From NCBI GenBank assembly GCA_020137815.1, contig CM035361.1, forward strand, positions 5,580,001 through 5,644,000: a stretch of 64,000 nucleotides of DNA, written 5' to 3'. Of the stretch, positions 24,321-36,900 are shown piece by piece (positions within the stretch are counted from its first letter, which is position 1; the number at the start of each line of letters is the position of its first letter). This DNA is from Hormiphora californensis. Lineage: Eukaryota; Animalia; Ctenophora. The translations under genes were made by a program, and so were the position numbers. The notes beneath the pieces were generated by a model, which did not search any database, was not told the origin of the DNA, and saw only the letters and a list, made by a program, of their open reading frames with translations.

Positions 24321-26598
24321 GTAAGTTGTTTATGTTATAGTTGTGTGTTTATGTTATAGTTGTGTGTTTATGTTATAGTTGTGTGTTTATGTTATAGTTT
24401 TGACTTGTGCGTTTATGTTATAGTTGTGTGTTTGTTGGTAAAATTAATCGTTTGATATACTTTCTGTGTAAATACACACACACACACACACATCGAACAA
24501 GCTCAGTTTAGCGAATCACCGGCGCAGCTGGGTATGGGGCTGAGGTACTGGCAAGATATAATGGGATCGCTGCTGCCCACACTTCATGTGCATTCTGATT
24601 ATCTCCCGCGCCAGTCTCCAACCCCCTTTACTAATGAATTCTAAAGTATTCTAACAGTCCGTCATACACATTTCCACCTGGAATTTCTTGCTTGTATTTT
24701 CTGTCAGAATCTGTTAGTGTCTGACGGTGTATAAGGTCCAAATGAGGCACGGAGCTTTTCTGAATCAGCTTTTCAAGACGAATCCAACGCAACCGGAATT
24801 AGCTTTCTATCTTATCGGGAAGGTTCGGTTCACTCACACTCATTTTTAGTCATTTTTGCCGCGCGAGCCAATCAGAGGCCAGAATTTCGAAATCCAGCCT
24901 TCTGATTGGCTCGCACAGCCAAAAATGAAAAAAATGAACCACACCTTCCCGATAAGATAGAAAGCTAATTCCGGTTGCGTTGGATTCGTCTTGAAAAGCT
25001 GATTCAGAATACCTCCGTGCCTCATTTGGACCTTATACACCGTCAGTCCCTAGAATCTGTATAACACGCACGTGAATTTGAGCCGCGGCGCGGCGCATCT
25101 GCACGTGCGGTTTTTCCAGAGAGAGTGAGAGACAATCGTATAACGTTTATGTGAGTCTCTCTCTTTAATATCGCACGTGAATATGAGCCGCGGCGCGGCG
25201 CATCTGCACGTGCGGTTCTTCCAGATAGAAATTCCAAATAGAAATGTGTATGACGCCGTGTAATGTTCTGATATTTACACAGCCGGCTGATCTTGGCTCG
25301 CTAGACCCTACGTTTCACCGGGTTTGAACAAACAAATTTGATTGTTGCCGGCCACCAATCTGATCGATGTACATTCCTTCATTATATAGGAGGGTCCCGA
25401 TATATAATCGTGAAGTTAAACTTTTCTCTCCCAAACAACCAGCGTATATAAATTGCAATCATCGAGTCTTAATGATGGGTACCCCCATCAGAATGTCGCT
25501 CGGCAATTTCCGCATTGGCTCGGTGATTGGTTCGGTAACAACAGGTGGTTTGCCGAACCAGTGGTTCGGAGAGTCAAGGAGGTCGCCGAAAACTTACCGC
25601 ACAAGGCCGCATGGCTCGGCAAACCACCTGTTGTTACCGAACCAATCACCGAGTCAATGCGGAAATTGCCGAGCGACATTTTGGGGCCCCCCATCAGAAT
25701 GTCGCTCGGCAATTTCCGCATTGGCTCGGTGATTGGTTCGGTAACAACAGGTGGTTTGCCGAGCCATGCGGCCTTGTGCGGTAAGTTTTCGGCGACCTCC
25801 TTGACTCTCCGAACCACTGGTTCGGCAAACCACCTGTTGTTACCGAACCAATCACCGAGCCAATGCGGAAATTGCCGAGCGACATTCTGATGAGGGTATC
25901 CCCCACGCCTGTCTCTCTCCATCGTGAAGCTGGATCGAGAGTTGCCATGTGGCTTCTGCATTATCAAGCCAACTCCAAATCAGGATATTGGACTTCATGC
26001 GGATGCGTACATGTCGACCGTTACAGTCCGTCGACAAATTATAAATTTAGGTGTATACAACGGATCATGGTACACTATAATTGAATTTGTTTATGCATAA
26101 ACAAATTCAATAATAGTGCACCATGATCCATTGTATACACCTGAATTTATAATTTGTTATTAAGTTTATGTTAAATTCATGTTAAATTCATATCGACATG
26201 GACAGATGCTTCCGGAATGAAGTTATATATATTAAATATATCCTGATTTGTATTTAGATAATGAAGCCGCTGCAAATGATCCAATCTCGCCCCACTGTAA
26301 CATACTCCATCCTTGATTAAACTTCATACTAGCTCGCTGCATGAGGAAGGGAGGGAGGGGAAGAGCGAGGAAGAAAGAGAGAGAGATAGAGAGTGCGAGA
26401 AAGAGTGAGAGAAAGAGACAGAGAGGGAGTCTCTAAATTTGAGAGATCGACGGCCTTTGAGAGCGATTTTATTGTAAAGTATATCTAGAATGTATATCAA
26501 AGAGATAGTCAAGGCTGCTATCGTGGCGCTATGCCGATAAGTATACGACTGGTTAGCAATGAGAGGGTTAAAGAGAGAGAGAGGGAGAGAGAGAGAGA

Positions 26599-26681
<83 letters not shown>

Positions 26682-29600
26682 ATAGAGAGAACATGGCAGC
26701 TGCAAAATCAGGACCAACAACCTAAATGAGCCCTGTATTTCTAGGACAAGATGAAGAGAATAGATCAGAGAGAAAGAGGGAGGGAGAGAGGGAGGGGAAT
26801 ATGAAGAGAATAGGTCGGAGAGGGAGGGAGGGGAAGATAGAGAGGGATGGAGAATTATGGAGAGAATAAGATAGAAAGTTGGATTCATCATGTGCAGTTG
26901 CAATTGTTCATTTACCCAGTCTCCCCCCTCGCAGAAAATAGAGACCTCCAGTTGTTCATGATCGGTATAATACGCAACCACGACTATCCTTTGTTCCAGC
27001 TTTTTGTTTCAATGTCTTCATATATACTCATGGGTACTATAATAAGCAGACATCTAATCTTAAAAATAGACAATCTTAATCTTGGATCCTAACTCAGTAC
27101 TTCATTTTAGTAATGAACTCTAAATTTCATGGAATTCGAAGTATGAAGCACATATACAATGTTATAGTAGTAGTAGCTTTATTATTACGATACAGCCAGT
27201 TTTAGTATATCTCTTCACGTCATTTGTTATGTTCTCTAATGGGGGAAAACAGTCCTGATCGAACCTGAGGTTCAGGCTCGAACCTGAGGTTCAGGCCACG
27301 GCTATTATATCTCAGGTTTCAGTGAGTATGGCTATTCTCCGAGATTTAAGAGAATAGCCATACTCACTGAAACCTGAGATATAGCCGTGGCCTGAACCTC
27401 AGGTTCGAGCAGGACTGAGATTTCATGTAAAGCTTTACATTCGTGCAGGGTGCGGTGAAAAAAGTTGAGCAAGGCAATGCGTATTATCCCTGCAAAAGTT
27501 GTTTTTGACACTGCTAATTATGAATCCATGTCTATTGAAGTTTCTTTGCATAAAACATATGATTATGGATATTTGGTCATTAGCGGCCCCTTACGACCGC
27601 AGATCGCTACACTTCGATTACATGATTTCTATCTGTCTATCTCTGCTATATAGCTCACCTTGCTTGCGATCCATCCTGCAGCCCCAATGCACGTGCCCAA
27701 TTTACTCATGTCCGCAATTCTGCGTTCTGATAGTGATTTAGGTTCAACATATTTCAACAGATCGCGTTCCGGTAACCATGATATACTGTAGCTATAACTT
27801 GGCTTAAATAAGCCGATCGATTGTCATACCCCAGAACCCTGCGTCGACCAATTTGTGCAATCAAGTACCCTGCACGACCGATTTGTTTGAATCCTATATT
27901 ATACTAGCGCACCCATTGGGTGCGCCTCAAGTAAGGGCTTTTTGATAACCCACCCGGCGGAGCCGGGTGGTTCTTTTCGCCCCTTTCACCGTCAAAAACA
28001 CGGTTGCCATGGCAACTGAATTGGTAACTATGGGGACTGGCATCTTAAAAGTCATTCGAAAATATTAACAAACTTCCTCTGGGAGTTCCAAAAGTGTGAG
28101 CAACAGCTTTACAGCTTTGGGCACATAAAGTGTTTTATGAAGGAGCACTGTCGCTTAGATACCGCTGAACGAACGACCACTTCGACGTTCATCTCCAAAT
28201 TATAATAGAGATTAGCACGCCATGCACGCAGCAAGAGCTGCCCGATCAGCTCGCATCAGATCTCGGAGAAATGCGATCCGGAAACCGACGGATCCCGCCC
28301 CACAACCCCCTCCTGAGAATATGTTACAAGCATTGCCATGTCATCGGGTCCTGAGAAGGAGCTGTGATATCAGTTGCATGGGGTAAGAAGTATTAGCCAA
28401 TCAGAGCTGTTTTGAAATCCAGGCAGCTGATTGGTTCTTGCGAATAATTAGGGGCCCTTGATTTAATTCTGCCAAATTTTCGAGTTTTGTCATATGATTT
28501 GCTTTTTATAGTAGAAAGCGCGTTGAATTAGAGCACCCGTTGACCCAAATCCCCACACTCTCCCTCACCCAGGAGCACCCCTCTCACCCGCTGCACCAAC
28601 CCGCACGTGCAACATCTTATACCCCTCCAAAGCCACCTCCTTGGCAACCCCTCTATTTGCACGTGTGGATACGACATACCCGACCCGAATCCCCACGCTC
28701 TCCCTCACCCAGGAGTGTAATGACTCTGTTATTGATTGATACGCTTGGTTTTGGGGTCAAGAGAATAGGGAATAAAGAACCAAATATAATATGATGAATA
28801 CGAACTGACTGACTAGCCACGTCAGTTGTGGACGTGAGCGTGGCTAGACATAACAATCGACTGCAACTAATAACAACCGACTAACCATTAACAATACGTC
28901 ATATATCCATATCATATCATTTCCCAAAAAAAATAATTATATAATAATTATAAAAATTAACACACTTTAAAAAATTTAACAAATGCTTATAGTCCATAGA
29001 ATAATACACACATAAAACTCTGTCTCATGCATCTTCAGGCATCTGGGGTTTCGCAGACTGCCCACTTCGACCGAGGCCACTAGAATTTTTTTTTTTTGTT
29101 AGAAACCATGATATTAACTAGAATCATAATATAAGTATTTAAATTACCAGAAAATGATTGCTACACATAAGCTCCGTTTATTCATATTAAATAAACATAG
29201 TAGGCTGCTTGTAGAATCTTTAATGATACACTGCGAAGTGTACAATTATGTGCAGGGGAGTGCTTCTAGATATTTCGGTGGCACCCTTCCAATAGTCGGA
29301 CTCTACACATCATGTGGATATTATCAGATCAACTGAGCTTCACTCGGCTGCAGCTGTTGATTTTGTTTTGTAACTGATTGTGGTGTCTGCTTTACTTTAC
29401 TAAAGTATTCAAGCATTCCAATGAACACCAAGTTAGCTAATGGTCCCATTCCGAAAAGGGCGCTAACGGCAATTAGTCAATTAAACGGTTAGTAAACTTT
29501 CTCATATAGAGATGGTTAGGATTAGAAAATTACGGAAAAAGTACTATTAGTATTAAACAATAAACATTTACAATTAAGGAGTCAGCCATTAAAAACAACT

Positions 29601-32600
29601 CGGAAGCATAATTCATATTATAAGATCAAATAGAAACTTCTTGAATTTTTAGTAAACTAGTATTTGTCCAGTATGTCTTCATTATTATTATTATATCTAT
29701 TATTATGTTTCAAGTGAGGTGTCACATTATATTAAGGTGATGTGTTAATGTGATGTGGCACAAAATCGTCCGATAATTGTGGTGTCAGGTGGGCTGTGTT
29801 AGTCAAAACAAAAACGTCAAAGTACGTTAGCGGGACGTAAGCCCACACCCTGAGAATAACGTTTCTGGTACCTCGTACCATACCATTAAACTTCATTATA
29901 AATGTTGTAAGTAACATGAGAAAACATAACTTAAAATCCATGTACAGAGGGTAACAAAAATTCTGAAAAAGATATCAGAAAAGACCCGTGAGAAAGAAAG
30001 TTACTGTTAAATATCTTTAAAAGATATGTGTAAAAGGTAGTTAAAACATACCGTGTTTGAGAAATAGAAGGTAGAAAGAGCTAATTTCTATTCGTCATAG
30101 ACAATCCAAAGCTCTCTATTAATGTGCAGTATCAGTACTGGTAGAGATCTCGCTTTCTGATTTGTTCCTTAACCTTTCTGATGTCCTTGTAGGCTCGCTT
30201 TCTGCCTTCTTCTCTTTTGCAGCAGCCTTGCTGCTTTTCTCTGTCTTCGAAAATCATTGTCAACATCAGGGGTGATCACATCTTCAATTTACCAGGGGTG
30301 ACGTCTTGAATACCAGGGGAAGAATCAGCAATATCATGGGTAGAATCAGGAGTGCATGTTTCCAAAACTTCAAAGTTGTGACAGTCGTATCCACTGTATA
30401 GAAACACCACCAGATACACTACCAAGATCATTGCAGCTTGTAGATCCTGTATGCTAGTAGGGGGTTTGCTTGAAGAACGGGTTAGAATAATAATGATAAT
30501 ATTTATTTTTTATCTAGAATACCAGAAGAATTATAAGTAATGGCGACAAGGGGGTTAGTAATGCTAATAACCAGAGTGGTATTTGTCCCTGGAACGTATA
30601 TTACGAGGTGATCTTCGGTAGCTATAACTAGAATCAGACCTGTTTCTATGATAAGAATTAGAAGGTATTTCAGAATCATGTTCAAACTTTACCTCTGTTC
30701 TGAGAATACTAGTATTTTGAGTTGAAGAATCAGTACCATTGAAAGAAGAGTTTTTACCATTACTGGATCCCATCATCTGGTCCACTCTCTCCAATCGTTT
30801 CGCCTGCTTGATAGCAGTAGAAAAAGTCTCTATATCGGGGAGCTCATTAAGTTTTCGTCTAAGAACAAGGTCTCTAATACCCTTTAGAAACACCATGAGT
30901 GAGATCTCCTCCCTATGAGTCCTACTATCAGGGTAGGCCAACTCTGCCTTTTGGCGTAATCTATAAACATAATCAGTAATTGATTCGCCCTGTTTTTGAA
31001 CACAATCTTGAAGGCTACTCCGAAAAGCAAATTGTTGATCACCATAAATATTATGTTTAATCTCAGCTAGAAAAGATTTATGATCAAGTTTGTCGTCGTC
31101 GTCAACTTGAATACTGTGTAATCGGTCATAAAATTGATCGTCTGCAATTGTTTGCATGAACAAGGCATACTGTCTTTCACCAGAAATATTATTAACTATT
31201 ACAAACTCAGCAAATCTATTACAATGAGTGATAAAACTGTCTCCCTTTTTGAATTTAGGAGGTTCGTTATAAAGAGAATTACTAGTACTCAAACCTCTTA
31301 ATGCTGCCACTAATTGGTCAGTGGAGCTGCCTGGCTGTTGACTAGAATTATAACTGCTAGGATCTTCTTTGACAATTTTACTAATATTTGTCTTAAACTG
31401 CTTGTCATTAGAACAACGTTTATTAAGATGAGCTATCAACTCTTCTTGAGAAAAATCATCAAGAGACATGATATGATTTAACAACTAATAATTAACAACT
31501 ATTAATTAACTATTTAAATAATTAAGAATTCGTATCAGGCTCCAAATGTAATGACTCTGTTATTGATTGATACGCTTGGTTTTGGGGTCAAGAGAATAGG
31601 GAATAAAGAACCAAATATAATATGATGAATACGAACTGACTGACTAGCCACGTCAGTTGTGGACGTGAGCGTGGCTAGACATAACAATCGACTGCAACTA
31701 ATAACAACCGACTAACCATTAACAATACGTCATATATCCATATCAGGAGCGCCACCTCTCACCCGCTGCACCAACCCGCACGTGCAGCCATCAATCACTC
31801 GCTGCGTAGGGGCTATGGCACCTCCTTGGCAACCCCCCTCTATTTGCACGTGTGGATACTACATCATCACGCCACGCATTTGCATCTTTTAATTAAGATA
31901 AATAATAAGCATGTTCGGTGCGGCCTCTACTACTTTAGGGCAGGTCATCCTCCAGACGAAGCAATCACAAACAAAAAACAAACAAACCTATCGTTTATTT
32001 AGTTATGGGCCGCGTGTCTTGTTTTGTTGGAGCTGAATTGCGTGGTTTACATTTTTCTTGAAGACATTTTCTTATTAAACCGTTAGAAAGGCAACACATG
32101 TCTCAAATGACACAAGGCCGAAGTCGAACGTTCTATGGACGTGTCACGTTATTACTATTAGTGTAGTGGGAAAGAACTTTCCTACAGCTGGCCTTGAGCA
32201 AGCGTACCTAAAAGCAAGCCCCTGTTTCGCGAGCCCCGCCCGTAAGGGTTAGAATTACATAACAACCTAAAAGTAGGAAAGTTCCTTCAATTTAGTCCTA
32301 CTAAGCACGCGTACTAACTTCTTGTTTTTCAGAGAACAGAAAAGGAGAGAGGAGAAACTGAGAAAACATCAAAAAGAACAGGTAACAGCCATCACACAAA
32401 CAAACAAGCCACCATTTCAATTAGATGATAGATTCGGTTTTCTTAAAAATCTTAGCACATCAAGTAAAAAATTCATTTAAATTCTGATTTTTCTAAATTC
32501 ATGCTAGGAAAAGCTTCAAAAGGAAATAGATTCTTTGGTAAGACAACACCCATGAAACCAGCTATCGCTTCAACTCCTAGCTATGCAAAGTGTCCCTTAG

Positions 32601-33810
32601 TTTTGAGCCTGAAACATACAGTGGTGCTTGTAGTGGAGATACGGCATATGGCAGATATGGCAGATACCGTAATGTCGCGGATTTTGCAAAGCTTTGCGTA
32701 ACGCGCGAGTGCTTTTGTGAGAGAGAACACTAAAGTTTTAGCTAGCCATCAAGGAGTATCCAGATAACTTTTTGTGAAAATCCCTGCTGTTCTCTCTCAC
32801 TTTAAAGCTTTTAAAAGTGCATTTGGTCAGCACCTCATAGCGCGTTGATTGGTCGCGCATGTGCGTCGTTTTACCGCGTATTTCACTGACACCGCGCGTG
32901 TCGAACCGATATACCGTATTCTCACTACTTAACCACCCATGATATACTCTATACTATTTCTACTCCAGCATCTCTCATGCTACCTCAGCTAACACTTGCA
33001 CTTTATCATAATTTATAGCATCTCTCATGCTACTCCAGCTAACACTTGCACTTTATCATAATTTTGATGCAGAATTCTCAAGTAAACTAATACCATTAAC
33101 GTTATTGACACAGTGGGCAGATATGATATACTGAGTGACTTTATCTCTCTTTTACTAATCTTTTTATCCTGCCAAAGCACGACTAACATATCAGTTATTA
33201 TAAACTAAAACTATCGAAAACACATGTGTTTTCAGGAGAGAAGGGGTATAACAACGGGGCTTCAAGATATCAGACGGGGAATGTCCCTAGATGTTAGCGA
33301 GCAGGATTCAATGAATGAAACATCTTTCGATAACGCTACAGGTAACACATATATTGTACAGTGTACACTGTATAAAATGTACATTGTACAGTGTACAAAG
33401 ACCACCTAGGTACTTTGTACACTGTACATTATACGTACAGCTCGTATTGTTTAACCCAAAATGTTATTAGATAATTTCCATAATTAATGATTCCAATGAT
33501 CTCATTCTGGGATTCGTCTCAGCTCGTCAAGGATACTATAATGGGTTTAAATCATGCCGTTTCACCAATTTTGTAGATACTAATGGGGTTAAATCACTAC
33601 TGTTCCAGTTTTTAAGATGTTTGCCAAATGCATTTACTTATCTGCTAGGTTATTACCTTAAATTGATTGGAGAGAGATTGGAGTGTTTATTTACCTTGTT
33701 AATGCTTTTAACTATTATATCATTTTACTAGGGAGCTTGTCAATTATTTCCTCCATACATCTCTCTACCGCCGCTCGGAAGTGTTTATCATTACAAAACA
33801 GGCCAAATTC

Positions 33811-33907
<97 letters not shown>

Positions 33908-36900
33908 CATATCTCGTTCAACTTTGCGTGATGGAATCATTAGTATTTAAACTTTTCAATTTATAATTTGCTCCAACTGCTTTGTTTGATTGGTAACTTG
34001 TCATTGTTTATTTCTTTGGCAAAGCTTGCAAAGAACCTTACTGAAGGGATTCTAAAGAATATATAAACGCCATTGCTAAAGAGGATTACTAATAAAGAGG
34101 AGCCTATCTTGAACCTGTGTAGCAATAGCCCCTTTTATAGGCCCACTCAAGCATAGTTCTGCAATATAAAGTGACAGGATGCAGGCAGCACGGATAGCCC
34201 GGCAATTGGCCCAAAACAAGCGACTCCTGCAACAAGAACAGAAAAAGAAAGACAAATTGGCAAAGTTTAAATCGGGTGGCCTGGCGGCAGTTGCAGCTAC
34301 AAGTAATCAGGAGCTACTTGATTTGCAAAAAATCGAGAAAAAGGATAAAACTGGAAAGAGAGGAAGTGTGGTGAGCAATGATCAGGAATCGAACGACAAG
34401 ACCAAGCGTAAGTTGAGAATAGAAATTCAAAAATGTATTAATATGTTTTTTAACTTTAAGAATTAAATCTGGTGGAATCATTTTAATGATTGTTAATAAA
34501 CGAGCTTTTAAATTAATTTGAAGTTTAAAATTTAATTGATCACTCTTTATAAAGAGTGATTTCAAATTAAATTTTTTCCCTGCCCGGGTGAATGCCGAAG
34601 GCATTCACCCGGATGCCTTTTTGCTTTGCAAAAAGGCATAGCAGGGTTAGAATTCGAAAACGACATTTTGGTATACTAACTAATCGGTAGAGGGACCATT
34701 TTGGTCACACTTTAGTTGCGAGGGGCAACGGTGTAGCAACAAGAGCCGCGCACACAGTTACGAGCTGCTCCTTCATAAACCACTTCATTGGCACGTTTTC
34801 AGGAAATGTGTGGCGCGCAATGTGGCGGCGTGGCGCGCAATTTAGTGCTACTAAAACACAAGGATTTGCTCTACACGGTGCACCAGAAGGATCGTCAACC
34901 CAAAGTTGAGCCCACAAAACAAACTTTTGTTGGGGGTGACCCAGGAGGCCTTCCTGAACATCCCCACGGTGAGAAAAGTATATGTTATCGGGGGAAATTT
35001 TTGTCAAAATCGAAAAAACTGGTTTTTGGTCCAAATTTGTGCATAACTTACTTGACTGCCGTTTGATGAAATATCTGATTGACATAAAATAAGTATACAA
35101 GACCTATTTTTGCACGAGGAATCGATTGCCGGTGGAGAGAAATCTCTAAAATGACCGGAAAATTGTCAAATATGGGAATTTTGTCATTTTTTTGAGGTTT
35201 TTGGCCCTTTAACCATTGAAAACGTTGAGATAGGAAGTTGGCAATAGCGCCAATCGTTAAAATGGTCATTTTTCTACGGGATCCCAAAATTTCATGTATA
35301 TCCGATTCATGGTTAGATTTTGGCAAACTATTGAGATGTGCTTACTGAAAAAAGGATAACTTGATTTTCTCGTTTTTTGCGATTTTTTAACTTTTGAAAG
35401 AATTCTGATTGAAATGGCCAATCAGGGCCATGCTAAAGTTGTTTAAGGGACAATTTTCGACCAAAATCCAAGATTTCATGCAAATCCAATGACAGATCAT
35501 TGATTTATAGAAAGTTGAAATAGGCAAAAAAGGCCAATTTTTACCATGAAAACAAAAATACACATTTTTTTCTTGTCAATTTCCATCAACAACTGGTACC
35601 CTACCTATTTTTGCACGTAGAATCGATTGCCGGTGGAGTGGATCCTCTTAAATGATTGGAAAAGCGGTCGAAATGTCATTTTTTGGAAGTTTTTGGACCT
35701 CCAAAAAATGGCATTTTGACCGCTTTTCCAATCATTTAAGAGGATCCACTCCACCGGCAATCGATTCTACGTGCAAAAATAGGTAGGGTACCAGTTGTTG
35801 ATGGAAATTGACAAGAAAAAAATGTGTATTTTTGTTTTCATGGTAAAAATTGGCCTTTTTTGCCTATTTCAACTTTCTATAAATCAATGATCTGTCATTG
35901 GATTTGCATGAAATCTTGGATTTTGGTCGAAAATTGTCCCTTAAACAACTTTAGCATGGCCCTGATTGGCCATTTCAATCAGAATTCTTTCAAAAGTTAA
36001 AAAATCGCAAAAAACGAGAAAATCAAGTTATCCTTTTTTCAGTAAGCACATCTCAATAGTTTGCCAAAATCTAACCATGAATCGGATATACATGAAATTT
36101 TGGGATCCCGTAGAAAAATGACCATTTTAACGATTGGCGCTATTGCCAACTTCCTATCTCAACGTTTTCAATGGTTAAAGGGCCAAAAACCTCAAAAAAA
36201 TGACAAAATTCCCATATTTGACAATTTTCCGGTCATTTTAGAGATTTCTCTCCACCGGCAATCGATTCCTCGTGCAAAAATAGGTCTTGTATACTTATTT
36301 TATGTCAATCAGATATTTCATCAAACGGCAGTCAAGTAAGTTATGCACAAATTTGGACCAAAAACCAGTTTTTTCGATTTTGACAAAAATTTCCCCCGAT
36401 AACATATACTTTTCTCACCGTGGGGATGTTCAGGAAGGCCTCCTGGGTCACCCCCAACAAAAGTTTGTTTTGTGGGCTCAACTTTGGGTTGACGATCCTT
36501 CTGGTGCACCGTGTCTATACTGTTTGTGTGATATATAAATGATCGGGATTTTGTGTCCCGCTTGCTGCTACAGCGGATCTGGTCATGATTTCCTTTCTTC
36601 ATAGATTCACATGGCAGGGAAATTCAGCAATATGTTAGAACATAATACAATTAATCTTGTTATATAAAGCTACTTTCCAATACTTTTCACACAATTCATT
36701 AATTGAACCATCCCGATTTCTCTCCATTGCAGAGCTGGGCCAGGGTGGAAAAACAGTCCGTAAGAAACACTTTTGATTTCTTCATTTTATCTTTTTTATC
36801 TGAAACACTCTTTCTGAGTTTTGGATTTGTTTGAAATCTTTCGTGTGATCTTCTTCTTCTGGTGTTTTACTTGCGTGTACTATCACTATTAGTAACCAGA

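Noticed and set aside
25367-26084. Overlapping ORFs on both strands
   Set aside because: A by-product of the palindromic MITE dimer
34705-36602. Identical ORF pairs (MPKSNHES.., MYTYFMS..) on opposite strands
   Set aside because: Mirror translations of the palindrome with no transposase motifs; a RAG-like gene is not supported
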